A stretch of DNA of 64,000 nucleotides from Tubulanus polymorphus. Lineage: Eukaryota > Animalia > Nemertea. The translations under genes were made by a program, and so were the position numbers. Positions 40,501 to 52,500 of the stretch are shown here, piece after piece. The DNA lies in assembly GCF_964204645.1 (NCBI RefSeq), contig NC_134030.1, positions 18,312,210 through 18,376,209 of the forward strand. The letters are read 5' to 3'. The notes under the pieces are model-generated. The model was given only the letters and a program-made list of their open reading frames with translations. It was not told where the DNA came from and did not search any database. Each line of letters starts with the position of its first letter. Positions within the stretch are counted from its first letter, which is position 1.

Positions 40501-43500
40501 GAAAAGTGACAAGTGGCAGGATTTTAATTTTATCTCCCTTTTTACCTCCCTTAGTAGCAAGATCGGGCGAAAAAATACGCTCGTGTGCCGTTGGCTTTTT
40601 CGTTTTCTGATATACGTTCAATTATGTCGAGCATTTCATAAGGCTGTGGTAAACCTCTTGGCCCGTGGGCATTTATTTTCATTTTCCCGTAAAATTTCAG
40701 GGCAACTTGACTTTTTCAGGGGCGTGCGTCCCCTTGGATCCGCGCCTGTATTACCTACTGGAACACCTAGGTTCATATTGAGGCAACTTAAAATTTTCAG
40801 GGGCGTTCAAACGGCCCCTGCACCTACCCTTGGATCCGCCCTTGTACCTATTGGAACACCTTTCATATGGTTTTATATTGAGACGAATAAGCAAAGTGTT
40901 CCATGAACGAATATTTGTTGATATGAGGTTAAAACTTTTTCAGTAAAATTGTGAAAAAAACAAAAATAAAACATATCAATGATAAATTAAACATAATCTA
41001 TAATAATTAATAATCAATAATAAAAAATGATATCCATTAAATACATGTACACCTTTCTTTTTTCAGATTTTCCTGATGAAATTCAAACACGAGGTACTTT
41101 CACTGGACAGCCTGACATTAGAACTGAAGGAGAAGTTGTAGAATATATTTGTAGAACAGAAGGTGGGAGGCCCGATCCTACAGTGATATACCAACAAAAG
41201 AGAATAGGTTCTGAACAATGGCAGCCAATTCCTGATCCACAACCTCGTAAAGTACTTCTCAGAGGGAACTTAAAAGGCTTTGACACGACGTACAAGTTCA
41301 AAGCTAATTTCAAACTGCACAATGGAACGTCATTTCGATGTGCTGTAAAGGAGAACCTTACGTTTCCAGAACCTCGACAATTTAATCCAATCATTGTTCA
41401 TTGTAAGTAACAGTTTAATTTGTCGAATTTGAGAAATCTCTCTGAAAATATCTTCTTTAGAAGTTTGCATTGGGTTTAAGCAGTTTTCCTTGCAATGGGT
41501 ACAAACCACTCACTCTAATAGACCTATCCACCCTGAACATGTCACGATAACATCAGGTTTGACTCCCTGTGAGGGAGGAACGTGGCAGAGTCTCAAGATG
41601 TCATCAGGTTCGAATCCCTGCCGAGGGAGAAACGTGGCAGAGTCTCGCGATAACATCAGGTCCGACTCCCTGCAGAGGATGATGGTTCTACTATAACAAG
41701 GGTTCAGACTCTGCTAGGTCGGATATTTGTAACAATTTTCACTTTTTTGTTTTTTCAATCAGATTTTGCTGCACCAGTTTACAAGAAATCCAGTGAAAAT
41801 GAAACAAATGCAGCGTATATTGTAACAGTTAATAGTAACCCATTGACTCAACAAGTTACCTGTGACCCTCCAGCTGTCGTTCAAAAACTATCAAACTCTC
41901 AGTGGAATATAACGATACCTATCGTAAATAGTACCACAACTGACTATAGAGGGCAGTGTTTGGCTGATGGTATCAATGAAAGGGTCATTAATGTCGCTGG
42001 TTATCATCACGCCGGTCCAACTGATGAACCAGGTAAGATTCCGGGCCACAACTGGATGGATTTGATCTGAATCTGAACATTCAAATGATTTACTCAGATC
42101 ACTAGAAAATCTTCTGTGTCTGTACTTTTCAAAATCACTCGCCTTGAATTGGGCTTTGAACCTATATCGAGGTTGACGGCAGTTGTATGAAATCATCTAT
42201 TGTGATTACCAAATTGCTGATTCATTTAAATCGATTGTGCTTAGTTCCAGATGAATGGAATGGAGGAATAGTGTTTGGTGCTGTAATCGGTATACTGATA
42301 TTACTGACTCTGATAATACTGTTTATACTGTGTCTTTGTGGCTGCTGTAAGTTTTACCTAAAACCATCATTTAATCTAAAAAACAGTACAGACAAACTGC
42401 AGAATCAGAATATTGTATTATTTCTAATTGACAGTGCGGTGCAGAAAACCTAATGATCAAATGTGTAGATGTGGAAATTGTAAGTTTTGTAAAAATTCAT
42501 ATACGTTATGCTTAAGATTGCAAAATGGTTTACAAGGCTGGAGGGATTCGAGGGTCTATTCAAAAGTATTCACTTTCCATTTGTAAATATGTACGGTAGT
42601 GATGAAAGAGTACTTGAAATTGAATTCAAGGTTGGGTTGAGTATTAACAAACGTTTGTGTATGTACATTTTATGAACTGCACATCATCAAAACAAAACGT
42701 ATCATTAAGTTACAGTAAAATAAGACGATTATATTATATTTTGTTTTCCAGTTAACTGTGTTTGTATAGAAAACCTTATGATAAATATTGTTTAGTTGGA
42801 ATTGCTGCATCGAGGGCAATGAACTATGTGTTTATTATTGCTAAATTTCCATAGAAAAAGACCATCAGATCAAAATGAAATACCATATCAATCTGTTCTT
42901 TTGTTGTCGTTTGTTTTCAGTCCCTTCTTTCCGCAAAAAGCCTGTTGCTAATGATACAGTGGATCCTGCACAAGGTAAGGAAGATAACTACTTTAGTAAC
43001 AGTATTTTCCTTATGAATACGAAATTATTAGATTGGTATATGATACTTGACTGTCTTTGACACTGTAGCATGCTTTTATGATAATCTAGTTGCGCATTTG
43101 TTTTGCTAAATCCTTCCACACTTCTAGCGGAAATTTGCCCGCAAAAAAACTTTGCTAAACCCGCACTCATATGAACTGTGTTCCTGTGGCTTCAAGAACA
43201 TTTTCCCTAAACAGAACTCACAACTTTCTATACCTTCTTTCAAACTGATGAAGATTATCAGTCAGGTACAATGAAGTGCTGTATTATTTTTCATTTGCAG
43301 TGCCGTTAAGACCAGTTGCGAATGAACCAGGTGGATCTACTGATGATAATGAGGATGCCTCCTCAGATGAACTGTGTCACTGTTTTTGCTGTGAGTTCTA
43401 TATATAAGCTGATAAAGATTAATATTCAGTAACTGTAGAATAAAATTTTGTATAATTTTCTATTTGCAGTGCTGTTTAGAAGTGAGCCGTGTTCATGTAA

Positions 43501-43505
43501 TTGCT
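37571..43505 (+). CDS. Gene B 5' part: signal peptide, 4 Ig-like domains, TM, Cys-rich cytoplasmic micro-exons (no stop codon)
   Basis: Exons 37571-37667 (MKNWIWLVIDVILLLTISFHSEA, RNKR), 37820-38110, 38616-38945, 41067-41402, 41763-42032, 42251-42346 (TM GIVFGAVIGILILLTLIILFILCLCGC), 42435-42479, 42921-42974, 43215-43265, 43301-43390, 43470-43505. All GT-AG, all phase 1, all internal lengths multiples of 3, frame open throughout. Confidence 0.85.
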
Positions 43506-46500
43506 GTAAGTTGTATTCATTTTGAAACTTTAAACATCAATAATCCTACAAAATCAAATGTATTGTCGTCAAACCTGTGTCAAAAAGTGTTGATATAGGG
43601 CGAAGGAATCTCAGCATGTCCTTATCTTCTAATCGCCATGATCAGTAGTACACTTCAAATTCATTTTCACAAAGCTATTCAAAAGTTACCCAGCTGCCAA
43701 AGTCTTATCATGCATTTTACGCCCCTACAACGCGTTGTCACTCTCGTCTGTCCGCCCGTCTGTCCGTGCGTCGGTCCGTCTGTCCGCTGTGGTTTCCGTG
43801 CCCTAGCACCTAAACCCATTATTTCAAACCCAGATATTCTTGACCCCTTTTGCGCATAATCTCAAACTCAAGCGGGTACAGATCAGTCGTCAGGTAAGAT
43901 ATTCAAAAGATTTTAACGCAGGCTTAAACTGCAAATAACCCTCTTTAACCTCTGTGAAAATAGGAAATATAGCTTGAAGAGATACTTAATATTAAGATAA
44001 TAAATATTGCGATTTCTTTTACGCACGGTTTAGATATGCGGTCCTTGGTTTCACATCGTCACTGTTCTCAATTGTTGAGTTCAAAAATTCCAAGAATCGC
44101 CAGCAAATATCTGCATTTCATTTCCTTTAAAATGGTGTATAAATTGATTTCGTCGAGCACGGGACTGCAGAACTATATGATATTCAATCTAAACTTATGT
44201 TTTAAAAATGAGCGCAAATTATCGCAACAATAGGGACCTCGAGGGACCGCCACAAAATGGCGCCTAGAAACTGGAAACTTCTTTATTCAACAATTGCGTT
44301 GTACTATATGGAACCCTGATGCCCCGGCGCACGTTTTCGATGGGGGCATACTGTATTCACTTTCGTCTTTCCGTCTGTCCGCAGTGGTTTCCATGCCCTA
44401 GATGTACTATAGATGAGGTTAGTAACTGATAAGATTTTGGGTCATGTAAGGCCAAGGTCAAGGTCATAGGAAGCCATTTTGTAAATTTCATTGCCGGGCT
44501 CTAACTCAGTAAACAGTTTAAGATAACTGAGTGAATTCTGTAGATGGGTTATCCGTGAGGATGACTTATTAGATTCCAGTCAGTCAATGGTCAAGGTCAC
44601 TGGTAGCTGTTTTGTATTTTTCATTTTCTGCCTTCATAAACGGGTCGATATACATTCGGGGTGTATTTTACACACAGACATTTCACCTAATCTTATCACA
44701 GAGCGGTCGCACCAGTCTTCAGAAATATTCTAGTTATTCCAGAGATATTATAGTTCATAGCCGAGGACGTCCCTTTGATAAACGCGTATATGTGGATTCT
44801 AGAAAGTGTCTTCTTAACCGATTCTGACTTACTGACAAAGTCAGAAAAAAATGACGTCAGAGTACGTCCGGTTTGAAGTTCATGGGGAAATCGGAAGTAG
44901 AATTACGTCACGCTAAAATCCGGCAGCAAAGTAACTAAAATCCGGCAACTTTTGGATCTGGAAATTTAGTCCAAGATTGGGTCTTTGAATAGTTTAACAA
45001 TGAACCGCGTCGATCGAACGAGTTCAAAATAGCTGAAATTCCCTTAGCAACGGAAGCGAATTCATGATAAACAAACCACGCGCCGGGGCCCGGTTCAGCC
45101 ATCGCAGGCTCGAATCCCGGAGAATTACGCTCTCGCGCGCGCGTGCGACAGTCAACCCCAGCCGCAGCGCTGAAATATGTAATCATTTATCAAATATAAT
45201 GACCCTAAAACTGCGATGAGTCGCGTTGCCGTACGATTTGCTTAAAATTTCACGGCAGCTCGGCGGCTCGCGGATGGATCGGCACGCCACGGTCTCGCTC
45301 CGAGGAGCAGCGACATCGCGGTCGGCAAAAACATTAGTCTCCGCCCCTTCTTTCACCAAATAAAGAATTCGGTACCGCTGGCCACGTGCACTATTAATAT
45401 TGAGCCGTAGATTCTCGGTACTCGACATTCCCCGAGAATTAGAAACAAATAAATATTTTTCGCGAGAGAAATCAATTTTTGTATTTGACATTTCAATTTT
45501 ACTGCTTCTAATTTTCGATTTTTTTTCTGGCAGAAAAAAATTATGCGATTGATGCGTTTCAACGTGTCTTTCATTTTTTTCTCGTCTTCATTTACTTTTC
45601 GAATGGAGCTAATTTCTAAATTAACACCAGGTCAAATTCTTCACTATTGCAAACCGTCTCAGTTTCACCATAATGTCGGTTTTTACATTTCGGGTTTTAC
45701 AAAGTGGTTTAAACCATTAAAAAATTCCTGATACAATCTAAATCGAAATAGTAATCTTTTTAGCAGTTTCTTCAATAATTTAATGCTCGGGGCCCAAATC
45801 TACAGAACAATTTCAATATCGAAATAAAATTCATAGTCTTCAAGAGTTTCTTTCCAGTTTCATTGACAAAAATCAATTATCTCGGTGTTCGTTTAGTCAG
45901 TGACATTATTTTGAGTGTTTTTGTTACACTCCATACGTGAACGAGGTTGTTTTCGAATCGTTATGATTTCTTAATCTTAGTATGAAAAATTAAATCAAGC
46001 TGCGGTGACGAAGCGTCCGTCACTTAGATTTCATCTATTACATATTAAGCGCACAGCGAGCGCCGAAGGCGCGAGCTGGAAGCTCCTTAAGTTAATCGCG
46101 CGTATGAGGCAAATTCAAATTTTCAATATTTGAGCTCAGACCACTATTCCAAAATCTTCTATATCCTATAGTAAAAACAAGAAATTCGAGAGTTTAGTTC
46201 ATATATAAGCGCGTAAATTCAGGGGAAATCCTGCTTATCGCTCATAGGCCAGCATCTTAGCTACGCTAAGTGGTTTTCGCCCCACATGCCCAACCTAACT
46301 TTTGAAATAATCAAACCTTTAGAAAAGAGGGGTATCCCAGAACAGGTATGCCAGTACATCCGAGCTAAATATCTAAGGGAATCCCCCACCGTGTTTGGTA
46401 CCCTTACTCCAAGCAAAAAAAGTCCAGGGAATCCCTTATTTCATCATCAATCCAGGGGCGGATCTAGGGGGATGGGTAGACAGTATTGGAAGGAAATTTA

Positions 46501-49500
46501 AGGGCACCTTTCTGATCTTAGGGCACACCCAGTATCCAGGTCAATGCGAGCGCCGAAGGTGCGAAGTCCTTAGAGGGCGGTCTGGGGGCCCACCCCCAGA
46601 AAATTTTGAAAATATGGTACCATTTAAAGGCTTTTAGAGGGCTTCTAGAGGCTAGCAGAGCAATCCAGAATTAACGAATAACGAGACAAGATTTCAACAC
46701 ATGCGGATAAAAAATGAAGCTGGCGAACCCATGAAAGAATGGTTGTCGTCAACTTCGCCTAGTGCCCCTATAATCTTTAAAAGTGCCCCTTAACAATTAT
46801 ACAGAATACGGCTAAGTGTCCCTTCATTGTTAACAATCGGCAAAAATTGCCTCGTCTTCACATTTATCCTTATGTCGTGTGCCATCTGCCAAACCAAAAG
46901 TGCCCCTAAAATTTTAAAAATTAGGCAAAAAAGTGCCCTTTTCTTCAACATTTTCCGCGTATAGTGCCCTCTTCTAAAGTACGAGTGCCCCTTTAGCCCT
47001 CCCTGAAAAGGCAAGGAAGGACAAGGTGCCCTCATCTAAAGCATGAGTGCCCCTTGCAAAAGGAAAGTGCCCTTTTTAATTTATCATGATTAAAGGCTTT
47101 ACAAATATGATTATCTCTCCTCACTTTCTCGGCAGCAGTATATACTAACCGATTAATTTTATAATTATGCCCGGATTACGGACACGGAATTAGCGGAACT
47201 TGCTGAAATAATGCCGTCAAAAATATTGCCGGTGAAATTTCGAAGGGCACTTAAAAATTCTAGACCGTATTGGGCAATACGGCTAATACGGTCTGGATCC
47301 GCACCTGCAATCTGTCTCTCAGGATCAATGGATTTCATACATATAACCGAATTTCGTTACCTATCCCATTTGCAGAAATTATGGCAACATTTATGGGGGA
47401 CCTCTTCTTCACTCTAGGTACTATTTTTGGGGTCCGGCCCTACGCATCTTCGAGCTACTAACCTAATTGTGGTCTGATGCCATTTCTCCATACCGTCCTT
47501 CTCAAAAAGGGTAAGCGATTTTTTCTACCGGCCACAGTTAGGTTTCGCTCTGCGCATGTTCTGAATATACCGGAAGTTAACAAACCGTGACGTACGCGGA
47601 AGTAAAGTTCAGCACATGTAAGTCGCAATTGAAATTAATTCTTTTTCTCTCTTTCTTCTACATGAAATACGTGTGCCACAAATGATGTTTTTTTCATGTC
47701 AAATGTATTTTGGACAAAAAGGAAGATCCAATACTCAGAACAGTAGTTGCCAAATCTGGTAGTCATCTCTTGACCGATGAGGGATTGCGGTCCTTAAAAT
47801 TAAATTCCTAAACATGGCCCTAGCCCTTGAAGCTGAAAAAAGTATGTATGACTGTACGGTTATTGATTCTTATATAATAACCCCGATTGTCGCAGGAAAC
47901 AAATCACGATACAAATATAGTCTATTCAAGAAAGTATGTAGTACTTTGATAACTTTTCTCGTTTTTCATTTACTCTTGAGACTCCTCATAAAATCTATTT
48001 GATTACTAGATAAATTTTGAAAACAAATATATTATGATCATTGGCGGCTACAACAAGGATAGTAATCATTGGGTTCTGGTTGTAAGTAGAATTATAATTA
48101 TTTGATAATTTCGGTATTTATTTGTCAAATATTAAGTATTTAGAAATAATGCATTTTTTTATTCATATTAGATGATCAAGCCCAAAAACTATGAAATCGT
48201 CTACCTTGATCCGTTTGGAGCATCTGATTTTAAAAAAGCTCAAGCACTGAAGAATATTAAGTAAGAAATCATTATGAAAACTGCGTTATTCTCTATCGAT
48301 GTCAATGTATTATGTATAATTTCCAAACTATTTCTCATCTCAATGTAAGGTCTTACTTGACTTACTGAGCCACAGCCCTTGGTAGACATGACATTGATGA
48401 TATTGAATGGTCCATAATCGAACCGCCTCACCAGAAACAACTTGATGGGCATAGTTGTGGCGTGCTGACTATTTTGGTAGGATTGATTTGTTTAATTTCA
48501 ATATTATTGATTATTGTTTAACAAATTTCATTCAATTACATATGTGTATTCAACAGCATGCTGGCAGTGTTCTTCAAGGTACTGACACGACCCATATTTC
48601 AACAGTAAATGCAAATTCACATCGTTGGACATCAGCCGCTGCACTAGTTAATGAATCAGGTAGGCCCTCGACCTTATAGTTATTAAATTCAAAGTTCATT
48701 ATAATGCAATCCTTTTTAATTTTAGTGCCAGTATTAATGAACATTAATCAATATCAATATACAGTTCTGTTATTTCTTTTCTAGGAGGAATGCAACTATT
48801 GCTATCAATGGTACCATGTGGTGTGTCTACCTCATACTTTAAACCGAAAGATAATTCTAAATTTTGATTGGAAATGTATTTTCTGCAAGCAGTACTGTAC
48901 TAAGTAAAGAAATAAACACTTAAATTCATGATAAGAAATAAACACATTAAATTCATTATATATGCTGAATTCCATTTTATTTTTTGTCTTAATATTTACA
49001 TCCTGTCATAGAAGGAAACGGATCGGAAATCTTTTCGGATTTTAACCTTAAAATTTCGATTTTATCATCGCAGAATAACGTATACCTATTGACACTGTAA
49101 TTGATTTGACTAGCCATGTGCTTTACTTCCGCGTACGTCACGGTTTGTTTACTTCCGGTATATTCAGAACATGCGCAGTGCGAAACCTAACTGTGGCCGG
49201 TAGAAAAAATCGCTTACCCTCAAAAAGTGTAGTTTACATCCGGGACACATGGGCATTGGCTAAATCGCGGCGACGAAAATGACGGTCAGGGACGGACTTT
49301 CGTCGAAACTAGCGGGCCGCGTCACGCGGTTAGTTTGTTACGCGAATGAAGGATAACAAAATGATTTTGTGTAATTTCAGAATATTTACAAAGAATGTAC
49401 ACAATATATTGTCAAAAAATGTTATTTTTAGTTCGTATTCCTCCGTAGAAACCGATTGGAAGACTGGATTCGAATCCCACAAAAAGCACAGTCCCTTAGC

Positions 49501-52500
49501 AACGGGTCGAATTTTTTAGAATAACAAGCGCGCCGGTTTCACAGCATCACTAAGGGTCGAGTCCCGGAGAATAACGCGCGCGCGGTCCGCGTGTTACAAA
49601 ATGACCGTCCCGCTCCACACAAGTACTGAATAATTAACTCAAAATTTTGCCAATCCCTGGGAGTAAAATGCCGTTCGTTTTTTAACATATCGTATCTTTT
49701 TTTTACTCTCGTTTTTCAAACGTTATTCACCTTTTCCGCTTCGAGTAAAATACGTATACGCTATAATCCGTATTTAAAATACCGTTGTTCCATTAATTCC
49801 GAACCCATGCAACCCGTTGTAATACTTAGGAACAAATCTTTAGTGTAAAACATATAAAACTATTGAAGCCATAAGATTTAATGTAGAAATCTGACGTTTT
49901 TTAACTACAGAAAAATTTATTCTCGTGTAATCGATAAAAACAATAGGCTCTCAATATGTAATCAACATTCCCAAACTCCCACGTTGTTTTTCGCAGAAAA
50001 TGATTTCTTTTTGATTTAATCACGGGTCCCTTAATTCGCTCGAAGGTTTATCATATTTTGGGTGATTTTCTTTGGTCACGCCACCGGGTGCCTTCCTTCA
50101 GCAAAACCTACATTTTTGCAATGTAGAACTTGGGAACAAATTTCTTGTGTAAAACATAATATGTCAAAGTCGAAACTTGGTGAAGCGCAAAGCCAGTCTT
50201 AAGTTTTAATGAATAAATAGAGGCGAGTGCCCTTTCGGCAACTTATATAGAATTCTACATTGTAAAAAAACATAGGTTTCGCAGGGGCACCTGTGTTCGA
50301 TGTGGTCCGTGGCCAAAGAAAATCACCCAAAATGTCGAAGATCCATTTGAGCGAAGATTCGCCGTGATCAAATACATGTATAGAAAAGGAATTCATTTTT
50401 TGCGAAAAAACATGCTTTGGGAGTGTTGATTACAAATTGAAAGCCTTGTTTGTTTTATCTTTCATACGACAATAAATCCTTCTGTTTCGTCAGATATGTT
50501 CTTCGAACGGCTTTAACAGTTTTATATGTTTTACACAATAAATTTGTTCCCGCAAGTTCTACATTGGTTTTGCTGAAGAAAGGCACCCGGTGGCGTGACC
50601 AAAGAAAGTCACCCAAAATACGATAGACCTTCGAGTGAATAAAGGGACCCGTGATTAAATTTTTTTTTTAAATCACCCAACATATGATAGACCTTCGAGC
50701 GAATGAAGGGACCCGCGATTAAATTTAAGAAAAAATCATTTTCTGCGAAAAACAACGTGGGTTGGGAATGTTGATTTCATATTGAGAGCCATTGTTTTAT
50801 CGATTACACGAAAATAAATAGTTTTATATGTTTTACACTAAAGATTTGTTCCTAAGTATTACAACGGGTTGCATGGGTACTTAATTAATGGAACAACGGT
50901 ATTTTAAATACGGATTTTTACTCGAAACGGAAAAGGGGAATATCGTTTGAAAAACGGGAGTAGAAGACACATAAAGATAAGATATGTTAAAAAACGCGGC
51001 ATTTTACTCCTAGGGATTGGCAAAATTGTGAGTTAATTATTCAGTACTTGTGTGGAGCGGGACGGTCATTTTGTAACACGCAGACCGCGCGCGCGCCTTA
51101 TTCTCCGGGACTCGACCCTTAGTGATGCTGTGAAACCGGCGCTCTTGTTATTCTAAAAAAATTCGACCCGTTGCTAAGGGACTGTGCTTTTCGTGGGATT
51201 CGAATCCAGTCTTCCAATCGGTTTCTACGGAGAAATACGAACTAAAAATAACATTTTTTGACAATATTTTGTGAATATTCTTTGTAAATATTCTGAAAAT
51301 TACACAAAATCATTTTGTTATCCTTCATTCACGTATTAAAACTACCCGCGCGACGCGGCCCGCAAGTTTCGACGAAAGTCCTTCCGTGACCGTCATTTTC
51401 GTCGCCGCGATTTAGCCAATGCCCATGTGTCCCGGATGTAAACTACACTTTTTGAGAAGGACGGTATGGAGAAATATTGAAAATTTGAATTTGCCTCATA
51501 CGTGCGATTAACTTAAGGAGCTTCCAGCTCGCGCCTTCGGCGCTCGCTGTGCGCTTATAAAGGCGAGCCAGTGCCTCTTCAGTCATAGAATTCTACATTG
51601 TAAAAAAAAACATAGGTTTTGTTGAAGAAGTCACCTGTGAGTGTGACTGTGTTCGGCGTGGCCCGTGGCCAAAGAAAATCGCCCAAAATATCGAAGATCC
51701 GCTATGAGCGATGGTTCGCCGTGATCAATAGAAAAGAATTTCATTTTTGCGAAAAAAATATACTTTGGGAATCTTGATTACAAATTGAAACTGAAAGCCT
51801 GTTTTTGTTATCGTTCATGCGTGAATAAATCGTTCTGTGTCGTCAGTACGTTCTACATTAAATCTTCACGGCTTCAATAGTTTGTTTTGCACAAGAAATT
51901 TGTTCCCAAGTTCTGCATTGTAAAAAACGTAGGTTGGAAGGTACCCGGTGTTTGGCGTGACAAAGAAGATAACACAAAATATCATAGATCTTTGAGCGAA
52001 TTAATGGACCCGTGATCAAATTTCAAAAAATGAAAATCATTTTCTGCGAGAAACAACGTGGGAGTTTGGGAATGTTGATTACATATTGAGAGCCTATTGT
52101 TTTTATTGATTACACGAGGATAAATTTTTCTGTAGTTAAAAACCGTCAGATTTCTACCTAAATCTCGATCATGGCTTCAATAGTTTTATATGTTTTACAC
52201 TAAAGATGTCTTCCTAAGTATTACAACGGGTTGCATGGGTACGGAATTAATGGAACAACGGTATTTAAAATACCGGATTAGCGTTATACGAGTTTTACTC
52301 GACACAGAAAAGGGGAATAACGTTTGAAAAACGGGAGTAAAAGACACAAAAAGATAGGATATGTTAAAAAACGCACGGCATTGGCAAAATTTTGAGTTGA
52401 TTATTCAGTACTTGTGTGTAGCGGGGCGTTCTTTTTGTAACACGCGGACCGCGCGCGTTATTCTCCGGGACTCGAACCTTAGTGATGCTGTGAAACCGGC

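Noticed and set aside
42752-42815. Extra cytoplasmic exon resembling 42435-42479
   Set aside because: The phase-1 frame hits a stop and there is no good GT donor; likely a decayed duplicate.
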